A stretch of DNA of 64,000 bases from Lingula anatina (lineage: Eukaryota > Animalia > Brachiopoda). A model generated the notes under the pieces. The model ran no database searches. It worked only from the letters and a program-made list of their open reading frames with translations, and was not told where the DNA came from. The stretch is taken from contig CM120649.1 in NCBI GenBank assembly GCA_051362555.1, forward strand, positions 15,128,001 through 15,192,000. Direction: 5' to 3'. Numbering within the stretch: position 1 is the stretch's first letter; each line of letters starts with the position of its first letter. Made by a program: the position numbers and the translations under genes. Positions 1 to 13,226 of this stretch are shown piece after piece.

Positions 1-366
1 GAATAATCCAACGACGTTTGGGGTCTTTATGCAGCGCGCAGAAATATCCCCGCTTAGAGACATCAGAACCCTCGGATCACTTTAAGTAAATATAGGTTTA
101 CAATTTACTTGAGACCATTTTGTTATATGTAATATATCCAAATTCGGTCATGCAACACAGGTCAACCACAGGGCCTATGTGACACTCTCCCACAGAATGC
201 CACCAAATGTCACCCGAGAATTTCACGAGTTGAAGAAAGGACAGACATTCATCTGTCTTCCTTTCCTAGTTTTCAAGCTTTCTCTTGCTCTGCGGTAAAG
301 GGCTTGGTGTGCATTTCAAACACTGGACACAATAAATGCGCAGGTGTCATAAACATATACACTTAC

Positions 367-432
367 CAGAGAATATATCGTACTTGTAATCGTTCCTTGG
401 CGAAGGTTGCAACAGAAACAGCACTTCTGCAT
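367..432 (-). CDS. First coding exon of a LAPTM4/DUF4728-like four-TM protein paralog (gene 1); remaining exons lie beyond the window start
   Basis: ATG at 432 reads MQKCCFCCNLRQGTITSTIYSL, then a GTAAGT donor at 366. Same 66-nt length, phase 0 and CCxCxNLxQG motif as exon 1 of genes 2 and 3. Confidence 0.8.
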
Positions 433-456
433 TTTTGGAGTTTTGTCGTTGACTTC

Positions 457-500
457 GTAGTAGTAGTGGTAGTAGTGGTAGTATTAGTAGTAGTGGTAGT
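457..500. repeat. (GTA/GTG)n trinucleotide microsatellite just upstream of the gene 1 ATG (probable 5'UTR)
   Basis: gtagtagtagtggtagtagtggta... read directly. Confidence 0.85.
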
Positions 501-721
501 AAGATTGGAATATTGTCACTCACTGCACGGCGTCGTCCGCTTTGTTGGATCGCGCTGTTGTCCTACGTATGCTAATAATATTATTAACAAGGCGGGAAGA
601 GCGCTGGATGCTGAGCGACGTTCTCCTTTACAGAGCCTCGTTTTAGCGTCAAAGAATTTATTGTGTGGGTATTGAATGTGAGGTTGCTACCTTGCGTCGT
701 CTGCTGACCTAGCGGCGACCC

Positions 722-731
722 ATCACGTGAC
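722..731 (-). promoter_or_regulatory. E-box/CLEAR-like motif GTCACGTGAT upstream of gene 1
   Basis: 9/10 match to the CLEAR consensus GTCACGTGAC, ~290 bp upstream of the ATG in a CpG-enriched stretch; motif match only. Confidence 0.3.
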
Positions 732-1408
732 GATCCGTTTTCAACCATCATGAACAATCAATAATAACTGTTGTAGGTTTTAATGTCAGAGCAGCAAATT
801 AAAATAGCCTGCGCTATTGTTTAGAGGCTTCAGAAATGACAAAGCAGCAATACATATATGCCTTCTACACTATTAACGCGTCCTGCCAACGAGCGTAAGG
901 TGAAAATGAAGGCTAAGGCATGATGAAGTTGTCGATAGAAAAATGCAGGCGAAGACATATGGTAATTGACTGTTTGAAATGGTACAAAAGCAATTAGAAT
1001 TCCCTGTACTGTTGTCTGCAGGCATGCGATATGTCAATGCGGGAACCTGTATTCAGTATTTTTTTAATCCTCGACCTTTACCGAAGATTCAGTTGCTGTA
1101 GGGCGTGGAACGAGCTTTATTGACGGATGTTATAGGATTATTCTTTATGTGTGTCTCGTGAAGTTTACTTTTCCTCTGTTCCAGATATAGCTATAATTGT
1201 CAGGTTGTGCAAATAAACATCTGATAGACAAATAGTAAAGGCTAGTGTGCTCATTTAAATGCAGAAAAGGGTATGGAGCGTTTAGCCCCCCCCCCCCCTC
1301 CCCCCATAAAAAAGAAATTAAAATTGAGAAAATGAAATTAGAAAATAAAAAAAATCTTCTCACTAGCCTATCCCCGGTGCCATAACCCTGGATTCGTTAC
1401 TAATCAAC

Positions 1409-1574
1409 TTCAGAACAGCGTACTAATGGTTCCACGGATCAAATATGGCGACCCACTAAAAGCTTGTTGCTTAACTCCCAATAAAACACTGAAAAGATTC
1501 CCCACGGGGATTACGCAACAGGCATTTTAAGTGGGTCGGCCATATTTGAACTGCATATCTGTTCTGAATGCGCT
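1409..1574. mobile_element. MITE (Harbinger-like family shared with 5083-5261 and 23526-23950)
   Basis: TTCAGAACAG...CTGTTCTGAA inverted ends; internal CAAATATGGCGACCCACT and GTGGGTCGGCCATATTTG motifs shared with the other copies. Confidence 0.6.
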
Positions 1575-1610
1575 GTTATGTGACAGTCTGCAAGTATCCA
1601 GACCATATCA

Positions 1611-1781
1611 TATGGGGCGGATTTAGGGCGTCTTCTGGGTCTTCCGGAAGACGGTCAGATTTTCAAGTTTACATTAGCGGGTATCTAATTTTTTCTGTCG
1701 GAAGACGGTCAAAAATGAAGAACGGATCAACAAAGATAATTTGGAAGACTGTCAGGAAATATCTCTGGATCCGCCCCATAT
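1611..1781. mobile_element. MITE with GGGGCGGAT...ATCCGCCCC termini
   Basis: Near-identical copy at 22760-22931 and an inverted degenerate copy at ~21758-21925. Confidence 0.75.
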
Positions 1782-2007
1782 TATGTCTTTCCGTCCCTGC
1801 CCCTCCCCCCACTCCTTTTAATACAACTCTCACTCTGACAGAGGGCCCAGGTAAAAACAGACGAGTACTGACGACGTCTCGTTGCAGGGTTCGGTCCCCA
1901 AATCTCCGTTTTCTATGAAGGCCTCCAGGTGCACTCATGGAAATATGGTTTTCCGTGTATAGTTGTACCTGAATACCCGAGTGTGAGTCATCGATTATTA
2001 ATGACAT

Positions 2008-2012
<5 letters not shown>

Positions 2013-2049
<37 letters not shown>
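2013..2049. repeat. (CT)n microsatellite
   Basis: Read directly; similar tracts at ~2447-2472 and ~22165-22192. Confidence 0.9.
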
Positions 2050-2051
<2 letters not shown>

Positions 2052-5000
2052 GAAAAATCATTGAATTCATTTTTTTAAATTCTGATAAATGTCAGCGACA
2101 GTCGTGTACCGTTATGACCAAATGCCCCTTTTGTAGGCTTTTGACAAATCACGTAATTCTAGAAAAATGACAACATGGCACAAGTTCATATCATGTATCA
2201 GTGAAAATCGATAACCCTATCTAATGATTACCTACGGCTCTGCTCATCTCAAACATTTTAATTGCTTCTCTGATGTGGGTTAAGAACAATTCAAATATAC
2301 CTGGACGGCGCAGGTGAAAAGCTTTTATAGGAGGCAGAGGAGAATAGCCACAATTCCAATATGAAAATAATTGTTTGCGTTCGGGTTTCATTGCCGAAAA
2401 TGACCATTGGCGGGTTTAGGCACTCTAAAATCAAACAGATTGGATTCTCTCTGTCTCTCTCTCTCTCTCTCTCTTGGTCTTTTTTGTACTTATTGGTTAA
2501 AATACTATGATCCATCTAGCCAGATTCAGACTCAATCTGATACACCTATCCCGTCTCAACTAAAGGATTTGGTAGAGACGTATTGCATTTGAGCAAGCTT
2601 TCACCTCTAACACATCTTCACCTAGCTGGTGCGGTCGTGTTTGAAGGACCGTGCAGACTTGGTGACTCATCAAGAAACTTGTCAAAAGCGGGTCTGCAAA
2701 CAACACTAATTAAGCTCCCTACATCGTCTAATTTTAAGCGACCTTTGCGACAGGCAACGGTAATATGTAGGAGATGGAGTGAGACCTCGGTTTCGTTGAT
2801 ATCGCTGCCAGTATCCCACCTTCCAAAACGAGACTGGTATATTGCTCAGCCTAGCTTCATCCTCCCACAATTTCATGTCTGCTATCAATCAGCTATGACC
2901 GGTATGCTCTATTTGAGTCAAATAACCCACAAAAGGGAAAAAAATAGAAAACCACCTCCTACGCCGACTCGTTCAACTGTACTTTTTCCGATTTTGTTTT
3001 TATCTTAAGAGCGTCGGTCTTTTAAGACCCATCAGCTAGAAGACGACACTTCCCGTTTCCCGGATGGCCTGCTCGAAAAAGTTCATCGTTATCGGCAACT
3101 ACACGCGCTCTTCTTACCAGATAACATGTTCAATCTGCGCAAACAGCGTGAGAGGCTTTATTTTTTTGCGCCCTGGGTCTATATTGTTTTTCACATTTCA
3201 TTTCATATGATGCGTCTCCTTCCCTCTATATTTGTCTATTTTCAAATATCACCTTTGAAAAAAGTTTTAATCTCTTTGAGGTTTGGAGTTTAACTACACA
3301 ATGAAACTCAGGGTGATGATTTTGTTCTCTTAGGCTATCAAGAAGATTGATTGTCTTGACTGCTGGCTTGCTTGTAATTTTTCTTGTCTAAAAGAATTGC
3401 ACCCTGATTACCATAAGGTCATAATGACTTTTTTCTGTAACAGATATAATTCGCATGAGATTTCTATTATATTCTTCTTGTCAGTCGGGACTACAAAGAA
3501 ACTTGTGATATGCAATTCATTTCGTTAAAAAAAACAATTATCAAATTCCCTTACGGAGCTTTTAACACAATGGGAGAAAACTTTTAAAAGATGGAGGCAG
3601 GACTCACAAGTGAATTTATAAATATAACATATATGTCACTGAAAGAAGCTTTATAACCAGGGTAAAGGTCAAGTGGAAGTGATAGAGAGGATATGGGAAT
3701 GTCAGCAGTAACGTGAACTGGCTCACATATAGATACACTCGAGTACAGTGATGTTTTCTTAAAAGCTCTTTAGGGCCACTTGTAAGCAATAACGCTCATA
3801 CGACTTTGGTATAGGATTCTGATAAAGTAGACTTTTTTATCTTTTTTTTTCTTTTTTTTTTTCTGTGGCACTGCTAGAGGCTCCAAAAATACGCTGTCTG
3901 CAAATAACGCTGACGCACGTGTGTACAAACAAGGGCACGCGCAAACATGTACAATAGAACACACACACAAGCACACACGCACATGCTCAAACAAACACGC
4001 ACTCGCAGCGGACGATGGGATAAAGTCTCTAGGATGCCTGCTGCTCATCAGGTCAAGACGACCCGCAAGATTGGCTGTAAAATGTGTTACACACTGATTC
4101 AGTTTACTGAAGGTGGTGGATACGATCTCTGCTTCTTTACTTTATTTGCGACTGGTAGCTGAAAAGGGGTTTGTGAGGGGCGTTTCAAACTATAGATTAA
4201 AAAAAGCCCGTTCCTCTGGCGGATTTGAAAAGATAAAAAAAAAAATTGAGGGGTGGGAGCTTCGTTGTGATGATAGAATATCACATGGCGAATTGATTAA
4301 CCAGTAATCTTTAAAAAAAAAACTGATTAAGTCGTTCTTCAGTTTATAGTATAGGCCTGTTTTCCCAGCTGTTGTTTTCATCCAGTCAGATAGAAAATCG
4401 AGGAAACACGAGCATTAGACATCTCCACCACATACCATGGCTCGTCTTTTCTTTGGCTTATGACAAATGGGCAAGCGATGTGGAACGCTGAATGGTCTAT
4501 TAATGGTCATTTTTCGTGGGCCATCATTATAAACTATGGGCCCTAGGCTATCGTGCCTTCTGATGTATGGATGTTAATGTTGTTTCAATATGAAATACTC
4601 TTTGGAATGGCTCGTGAGTGATCTTTACTACATTCTATCTCTCACTTACCACAAACGCATATTCACTGTGAGGTACTTTAAAACAATTTGATTCAGGCCA
4701 ATTTTTGTTTTGTTTTAACTCATTTTCATTCAGATAAAAATCCAGACTAAGAAAGAAACCATTATTGTACATATATGTTCAATCTTTCTGATGTTTTAAA
4801 TTTGAAACAAATAAGGTTGAAATATGGCAAAAGGAATCGTGATCAACAAAGTGACCAACGTAGTGACCTACGTTCTTTCCAAAAAAAGAAGGCTTGGTGT
4901 AAATCTAAATAACGTCATGGGGTGAGGACATTTCTTTATTAGATTTTTTTGTAAATCTTAAAAGAGATTTCTCCACAGCAGTAGGACACATTTGTCTTTA

Positions 5001-5082
5001 TAATCTCCCCTTTACTTAAGATAAAACTTAATCCACAGATTTGATGCCTATACATATATTGCAGGAAGTCCACACAGACTAA

Positions 5083-5261
5083 GGCCCCATTCAGAATAGG
5101 GGACTACCTAATCTGAGAGTCAAATATGGCGACCCACTATAAAGCTTGCCGCCTAATCCGCTAATAGACACGTATTGAATAGATATCCCTTGGGGAAGTA
5201 TTCAAGAGTGTCGGCCATATTTGACCCTCGGACTAGTTAGTCCCCTGTTCTGAATGAAGCC
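5083..5261. mobile_element. MITE, Harbinger-like
   Basis: TAA-GGCCCCATTCAGAATAGGGGACTA ... TAGTCCCCTGTTCTGAATGAAGCC-TTA terminal inverted repeats. Confidence 0.7.
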
Positions 5262-6182
5262 TTACATTAAGAGTGTGTATCTGCCAATTCAATCACTTGT
5301 AGAATTAAGTTAATTTGTCACCCTGAAGGAATTTGGCACCCTTTGGTGCATAATGTCGCTATTCGGGTGCTCATGAAGAAGGTTTCAAAACCACAAAACC
5401 CCCCTCCCCTCCCCCTGGAGTTCAGGTTTTCTTTTGTTCGGCGTAGGCTAGGGAGAACATTCAGCCTATTGGTAGACTTACTTTCTGGAGGGACTGCATG
5501 GTGGCCTAAGTTGGATCCACATCAATGTCAGTTTTAAGCTGTGTCTGAAGACCCTCTAGCGTCTTCCTGACCTGCATTGCTGTTTTCCAACATGGAACTA
5601 TTTAGCTTGCTATCCCATAAAAAAAGTAAAGTCACGGCAAATATGACTAGGAATCTTGCCTATATCGAATTCTGCTTTCCTATAACCGTGCGTCCATATC
5701 CAAGTTCATTATTTGTTTTTTTTCACAGCACAAATAACTATTTATAGCTCAATAGATGCAGATTTTTTTGTGAAAGAATTTTGGGACGAAGAACTTAATT
5801 GCGTCTTCACTGATATAATATTAAATGTAACTGCATAAAATAATGCTTGCCATTGCCATGTTAATTATGCAACAATCCATCAAACGGTGATAGCACAAAC
5901 AAAATGTGCTAACACCTTCACCTTCGCGCAATTATCTACCCTTATTGCTCTAGGGCGGTATAGCACTCTTGTTCAAGTTCACATTTTATTGTATATCGCT
6001 CGCTCCAAGTAACTCTTTCCGAGCGCCTAATTGAAACTAAAAATCAAAAGGTCAAACGGAATAGATCAGATCTGTACTCTTTACACGGCCTGCTTAAACA
6101 CTTCCAAAAGATTTATTTATTTAACTAACAATTTAATGTTCCAAAATTCTCTCTGAAACGGCATCGTTATCATTTACACACT

Positions 6183-6431
6183 CAGGCCTTATCAACGGAT
6201 TGGGCATTTACTGACACTACCCGCAGACCTTTTAGCACTAACACCTATATTAACCACCTCACCCACAAATGAACCAACACAGCGTAAAATTATTTAGCAC
6301 CAACAAATTGACACCTAGCACTAACATTCATTCGCTCTGGTAGTGCTGGTTAATTTGTGGGTTAGGTGGTTAATATATGGGTTAGATCTGCCGGTAGTGT
6401 TAGTAAACGCCTAATCCTTTTGTAAGGCCTG
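6183..6431. mobile_element. Palindromic MITE with CAGGCCTTA termini
   Basis: CAGGCCTTATCAACGGATTGGGCATTTACTGACACTACC pairs imperfectly with GGTAGTGTTAGTAAACGCCTAATCCTTTTGTAAGGCCTG; flanks ACACT/GCACT (possible 5-bp TSD, one mismatch). Confidence 0.7.
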
Positions 6432-7201
6432 GCACTGTTTCAAACACAAGAGGACAATGCACCAATATACATGTATGTAAAATCACTCCTTATTAAAGAG
6501 AAATGCTTTTATGATAATCTAGCAAATTATTTTCATTTACGCCTCGTACAAACCTTCATTAATATTCTAAAATATATTTTAAACACTTCAACTTATTGAA
6601 CAATAAGAACAAGTGACTGTACGAAAACAAACTTGCTTAAGCTACTGGATATTTTTTTCAGTATATTTAAATTAAAATGAAATGTCTTTATAACTGAATT
6701 AAGTATACATATACCCTGTGGTATGCATTCGATAGCTAATAAGCATATTCAATAACAAAGCTAAAAACAATGAGCGGTTGCGTCAACCAAAATACGTGCC
6801 TCAAACATTTACTAAGGTAGGTGAAAGCTCTGTCACATCTTCTATAAGGAGAACCTGCAGTTACCAAACGGAGAACTGAGAGAAAATCCTTTGAACGACG
6901 ACCGCCAGAGTGCGCTGAGCGACGTACAGAAGCGACAATGTAAATTTCCCTTAATTCGCGATTTAATTTAATTACTTTAGTATACAGGATCACGGCCTCC
7001 AATACAAATCTCTATCTATCTCGATCAATTTCAGATTTGATACCCTTCAACAGTTATGTAGACTCAATCACGCAAGATGATATTGAGTGGCAAAGCGCTT
7101 GTTTTATCTCAACCCTAAACATCCCACAAAAACATATCCTTCGTGTTACTAAGGTTACCCCTCATCATGACCTGAGAGCAAGGCGGATTTCGCTCGCACG
7201 A

Positions 7202-7209
7202 TGACGTCA
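7202..7209. promoter_or_regulatory. Full palindromic CRE (TGACGTCA) in the gene 2 promoter region
   Basis: Exact motif ~110 bp upstream of ATG 7320, inside a CpG-rich patch (~7180-7320). Confidence 0.4.
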
Positions 7210-7319
7210 CTGAAGAGATCGCGCGAGGGAGTGAAATAGCTCTTCTCTCATCCGCGCTGCGCAGACGTGACCTTACCTCTTCATAATTTTGGGCGTAGCT
7301 CAACGTTGCAGTCGCAAAA

Positions 7320-10300
7320 ATGGAACGCTGTTGCTGTTGCTGCAATCTTAGACAAGGATCGTGGGCCAGTTCAATTCTGACACTGGTAAGGTGATATTTT
7401 GACATTCATAAGACTAAAATTGAAATTGAGTAAACATTTGGGCATGTTATCCTCCTTTTGGTTCCATTTTAGCAATTATTAATAGAAATATGAAAACTTA
7501 TCCAAAATTGCAACATTTCAGTATTATTTTCCCATTCGTTTCCTTCTAGTAACTTACTCTTTTTTCTTTAATTGGAATGCACGTGTTTCATTTTTGCTTT
7601 GAACTTTAATCTCAATCTGTTTTGCGTGTGCGGCTACAAACATTTTCAGCAGATTTTGCCTTGAAAAATTGATATTGCTTGCTAAGGAAACGACCCTAGA
7701 AACTAGGGCGTATAGTAGTGTTGTTTCTCGAAAACGATTCTGGGGATAAGATATTGGTGCCCTTGATAGGAAAAGGAATTCCTAAATGTGTTTTATCTTC
7801 AGATGTGTGAACTCGCACAAAATGCATTTCTCCTCACCAACAGCCTGTGATGTTTAGATATTTTTCAAAGCAAATACATTATGTTCAATCTGATTCTGTA
7901 GTTTGCTGGGGGGGAGCAATAGATCAATATTTGCTGGTTAAATACTTACTGTTCTAGGAAATCTACTTTAACCCCCCTCTCCCACACCCCTCTAACCGTC
8001 TTGATTCCACCATATCTCTATTAAAACCTTATACCAATGTATTTTAGATATGAGTGTATTAGATTTGACGACTTCAAAATTATGCGGTGTAGTAGAGTTC
8101 TCTACATTGCATACGGTATAAGCAGCCGTACAGGCGGTTCCAAATGCTATAAACAACAGTATCTTACTATTAATCATGGGCCCTGCCCATTGCCTTCAAA
8201 CTGTGAACAACAAGCGCGTGGAGACCGCGTCCCACTCAAAATATCCTCCATAGATTTGAGCACACCGGGAGACCTATAGAGGATCTATGTAAACATGTAT
8301 CATCTAACCAGGCATGATAGATAGGTTTGCCATTTGCTGTTATTTGTAGGGAAGCCGCAGAGAGGCGATCTAACCCAGTTTAATAGATGATTGCACGCTA
8401 ATGCTTTCTCTCCAGGGTCTCGTTTTGAATATTTCAAATGGCTGCGTAAAAACGAGTCGAAACGAGGCAATGTTTTTAGTATACAGTATTTCTTTCACTT
8501 GGGGTTTTCATTGGCGCCATGCTAGAACCCTGGATTCGCCCCACTTCTCCAAAAAATTGCTTCGTTTTTAGATAATAAGATCAAGCCGAAATTAGGGGGA
8601 AAATAGGTCACTTTTTTCAGAACACGTTTTTGTTTTCAGTGACATTCGCGGCGGTAAAGGTCGAACTGCGGTCCGGACAATAAATTTCTTATCAGCAGTA
8701 ACCGCATGCCTCGGCGATCAATACGCCACCTATTCCTTAAATGAATTCTTCGCTGATTCTTGGAATGTGCTCTTTCTGGCCAATGTTTTCCTCTTAACGG
8801 AGCTGATTTAGCATCATTTAGGATAATTAACAAACTGTTAGATATCCAATCAGCATCGCTGATGTAGCTATTGTATGGTGGTAAAAGATCATATCTCATC
8901 AACTACATAAGTGAATGCTCCAAAGGAAATCGAAGTGATAGTGCCAAATAAAGAAAATTGTTTAAATGTAGGCTTTATTTCATTTGTATAATTAGAATAC
9001 TTATTGTGTAGAGCAATATATCATTTACCCACAATTTCAAACTTAAAAATTTTTGTTCATTACGCCTGTTTTGCAAAAGAAAAAAAATTACTATTGTTTC
9101 AGAAGCTTGATCAAAAAAGGGCATTTCCCTACGCCAGCCTATGTGTCTTCTGTTGTCCGCTGTTGTTTTTTTAAAGGCTCATCTTTTTCAATTTTGAGGC
9201 ATGGAAGACTATAATAATAATAATAATTATTATAATAGTAATAATAATAATAATAATGAGCATAAAGTCACAGATAATTTGGTGCAATAATGCCTTGATG
9301 TAGGTGCTCTATCTATGGCAATTAAATAGAAATATTTTAATCTTCAAAAACAGTTATTCTGATAATGCCACGTTCACAATTAATTCAATTATGCACAGAT
9401 GGGGAGTGTTTAAGAACGATATATTGAACGTCTTGTTTTTTTTAACTCAAGAAAAATCAAAATAAAGAAATGAGTTTTTTTAAAGCATTTATGATAATTG
9501 GTTGTAAATGTAATTCTATCTAAAAATCCGTTTTCTACTATCTTCTGTATGTTTACACTAAATGGGTGTTGTTTTTCATTCCCGCCTAGATGAACGGCAA
9601 AGGTTGAATTCAAACGCCCTCCTTTTTCTACAACACGCCACTCAGGATAATATTACCGCCGCAGGTGTTAAAACAATATACAAATTGCTTCTCTTGGCAT
9701 TTCTGCGCACCTCTCTGCCTCGAGCCAAAATCATGGAAGGTAGAAGAGTACTAAAGGGCATGGGAAGAGCTCTTGGGTCGGGGGGAAATCTGCCGATGGT
9801 ACCCTTGGATCGGCTTCTGCACCTTACTGCCCCCAATGTCGGTGTTCTCTATTGTCGGTGCTCTCCAATATCGGTTTTCACCAATGTCGGTGTATTCCAA
9901 CGTCGCGATAACCAATGTCTATGTTTACCGATGTCGATGTTCACCAATGTCGGTGTTGTCCAATGTTGGTGTTCTCTAATGTCGATGTTCACCAATGTCA
10001 GTGTTCACCAGTGTCGGTTTCCACCATTGTCGGTGTTCTCTGATGTGGGTTTTTACCAACGTGGGTGTTGTCTAAAGTCGGTGTTCACCAATGTCGATGT
10101 TCACCAGTGTCGGTTTTCACCATTGTCGTTGTTCTCTGATGTGGGTTTTCACCAACGTGGGTGTTGTCTAAAGTCGGTGTTCGCCAATGTCGGTGTTCAC
10201 CAATGTCGATGTTCTCTGTGACGTTGTTTTGCCGACAACATCTTTGGAAGGGGAAAGGCGCCGTGTCTTTACTAACACAACCGTCAGCATTAACATTGAG

Positions 10301-11117
10301 ACTCCAGACACAGGGTGCTCCTCCACCTGTGCAGCAATAAATATTAGAACAGGTTTCAGAGCCATATCGCACATACCGCCTAGGTGAAAGTTATTGCTTT
10401 AAGCATCCCAGGCACGCATGTGTAATTTTAGAAGACATGCGCTGGCGGTACCCGTAAGGATGAAATATACGGTGTCAGCGGGTGACGGACAGTCAGACAA
10501 AGTGTCAGATAAACAAACAGACAGCAAACAGACAGACGGCCTTTCAAACTTAGATAGACGGACAGACAGACGTACCTATACAAACAGAGCGACTGCTATG
10601 TCTATATATACTATATGCATAATCAGGTCTGTGCTTGTTAAAGAGCACGGGTGGATTTGCACTCATCCTATGCTATTAGTTGTGCATTATGTTTATGCGT
10701 GGGCGGACAAAGGGCAATTCAGTTTGCTGTAATGCAAGGTCACGATGAATCACACAGGCAGACTATAAAAATGTGGTAACCTATATAAAACAAGCAAATT
10801 TATTGTCAGCAACTGTGTGCCTCCGGCTTCCCCACGGCTATATTTGGCCGGTATCAAGCATGAGGACCAATTTACTCTTTCTTTCTCTCTGTCTGCACTA
10901 ACATTTAATTGAGTAGAATTCTAAATTTTCTAAATTAAAGAAATGATATACCCAACCAGTAAAATGTAACACCGAGGTGCTCGTTGCTGTGCAATTGAGG
11001 TCGGCTGAATCACTATTTGGTATTACGAAATGTCAAAAAAGTTCTACTACGTATACTTTCTTGCTGTTCCTTGTAATGTTATCCATTATCATAGTTTTTT
11101 CTTATTATTATCATTTT

Positions 11118-11157
<40 letters not shown>

Positions 11158-13226
11158 TGTTTGTTTATTTATTTATTTTTTTATTTTTGCATTTCAGGTC
11201 ATTGGTATCCTCTCTTTGGCATGGTACATATACGAGGCGGTCGCAGGTAAACATTAATATTTTAATCTTATCAAACACGTCAACTCTTTTTTCTCTTTGT
11301 TTCTGTTCCCCATTTCCACGCGTGCACATAATCGAAAGGGGAGGGGGCATATACGAAAACTTAAATTGAAGCATCGGAAACTTGAGATTGAAAACACCTC
11401 CGAATGGAAGCGCTGGTTATCTCCTTCTCTGCCTGAGAAATAGTACTTAACTGCCATGGTTTTGTCTGGGTAATTGTATAACTATATACATATATAACCA
11501 TGCCCGAGTAATACTGTACAGTTACCGTACTTCTAAAGCCCACTGGGACCAAACAGAATTCTTGCCACTAAAGGGCGTTCCTTCCTTGCCGGTGTGGCAG
11601 AAATGGTAGCCCTAGGAATGGCAGTCAGTTGTCCCATATAATAAGTACAGGTAAGGGTAAGTCGGAGTGTAATAGGGTATTTATATGGGAAGAATGACAC
11701 CTGTACAAATTAAGTAATGGGAAACGAACTACGGATATTAGCGGACTTCCATTCCTGTCACACTGGCTCGGAATTATCCCGTATGTACAAGCAACTTAAG
11801 TTCTACTGACCACGGTTTTAACTTTTCTTTCAGTTAGTGAGAGAGACCGACAAGGGGCAGGCTCATACTTCGGTGTGAACACAGGTGGAGGATGGGCCTT
11901 CTACCTGGGGATCATCTTTGCCGCCTTCATAGTCGTGGCATCTGTGCTGCTCATGATCGGCATCTCTAAGGTAAGACCCCATTCCCATACTAGATCGATC
12001 CAACAGGATTGGTCCATCTCCAAGGGTTTCTCGCTATGTTGCTTTCAGCTTAAGCGGCTTCGATATCTGGCACGCCTACTAAAACTGCTAAACGATAGCT
12101 AATTACCCCTTATCGGCTTCAGCAGGCGGGGCAGACATCTAATCCGCTTGAGTTGATTGCAATTAAGCGAGAATCCCCTAGGAGTTCGTTCCAAAGTTAG
12201 TACGATAGGGTCTGGGTGGTTTGTCTTTTAAAGAAGCAGTTCAGATTTTGTATTTTCTATCAGTGGATTTTTCTTTTATGTTTTATTGTCCTAATGTGTA
12301 TTAATTTCTATCACTCTTTAAAAACTTGCATGTAATCCAATATGAGTAAATATTATTATTATTATTAATATTATTATTATTGACTTCAGAATAACCGAGT
12401 GTGGTTCTGGCCCTGGTTTGTGGCCACGTTAGCGCTGTGTGTCTTCGAACTCATCGCGATCATCTTCTATATCATAGTTGCAAGTAAGTTGCCCTTTTTA
12501 TGCAGGACTTTTTTAATGTAAAGTAGACGAATTGTATATTTAAAACCCATGGCAGTTATCTTCTATATCATAGTGGCAAGTAAGCTGCTTTTTCACTTGG
12601 GAGGTTTTATAAGGCAAAGTAAACGAACGGTATAATCTGAAAAATTGCCTCAATTCATTGGAATCTTGATTGCATTTTGGTGGCGTTTGGTTTTGGTAAA
12701 GACATGTTCATCACTTGCTGGTTTGAGGTTATATAGTATGTAAATAGAGGAGTCAATGTATACAAAACTTTTTTGTTTGATTATATGATCATTTTCTTTT
12801 ATCAATTTATTTTACAGTCGACGCTCCTGGCTACTGGCTTAGCGTTGTCATTGGGTTACTTATTCTTGCGTTATTCGTAAGTACATGGATCTTCGATAAT
12901 GCAGTTTATGTGGGATGGTTAACTCACTTGCTATTCCAATGAGATTTCGATTTGTTTTCAATTCAGTCCAGACGTTCGCCTAAACAGGTTTTATCAATTT
13001 CATCAGAACATAATTTCGCTTCACAGTAGAGAATATTAGCAACCAATATTCGAAGAAATTCAATCTTTCTCAAAAATGGAAAACTAAATGTTGAGGTAGA
13101 GGAATGACCCCTCCTCATCCCTGCTTACTACATAATTTTGATCTTTTTTTTGTTTTCTTTCAGATTTACGCTCTAGTAGGAGTGATCTATTTCTACAAAC
13201 AGCTAGGAAACACCATGCGTTCGTAA
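7320..13226 (+). CDS. Six-exon LAPTM4/DUF4728-like four-TM protein, 155 aa (gene 2)
   Basis: Exons 7320-7385, 11198-11246, 11834-11970, 12390-12483, 12818-12876, 13164-13226; all GT-AG with consistent phases. Protein: MERCCCCCNLRQGSWASSILTLVIGILSLAWYIYEAVAVSERDRQGAGSYFGVNTGGGWAFYLGIIFAAFIVVASVLLMIGISKNNRVWFWPWFVATLALCVFELIAIIFYIIVAIDAPGYWLSVVIGLLILALFIYALVGVIYFYKQLGNTMRS. It has four hydrophobic helices, an N-terminal Cys cluster and a PW motif. AATAAA at 13389 and 14233. Family assignment is by recalled motif resemblance. Confidence 0.88.
9830..10220. repeat. Minisatellite, ~16-bp unit (CACCAATGTCGGTGTT) with a 96-bp higher-order duplication, in intron 1 of gene 2
   Basis: Repeated ccaatgtcg(g/a)tgtt units; the block at ~10024 recurs at ~10120. 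Confidence 0.85.
11118..11158. repeat. (CTTT)n microsatellite upstream of the gene 2 exon 2 acceptor
   Basis: Read directly. Confidence 0.9.
11590..11766. mobile_element. Dispersed repeat, Helentron/HINE-like non-autonomous element
   Basis: Inverted homolog at ~16448-16640, which carries the CTAACCCTAACC motif typical of HINE/DINE-type elements. Confidence 0.5.
11976..12212. mobile_element. Degenerate palindromic MITE at the start of gene 2 intron 3
   Basis: GACCC...GGGTC ends and internal dyad symmetry; similar to 17453-17695. Confidence 0.5.

Noticed and set aside
304-675. 123-aa plus-strand ORF with poly-Val
   Set aside because: Poly-Val comes from the (GTA)n microsatellite; the ORF is antisense to the real exon at 367-432.
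7210-7245. CTGAAGA...GAAA hammerhead-like core
   Set aside because: No stem II pairing between the two core motifs; better explained as promoter sequence.
9830-10220. CRISPR-like repeat array
   Set aside because: Contiguous degenerate units without unique spacers, no cas genes, eukaryotic context.
9562-10221. 219-aa ORF, the longest in the track
   Set aside because: Its openness comes from the 16-bp minisatellite inside an intron; no domain signature.
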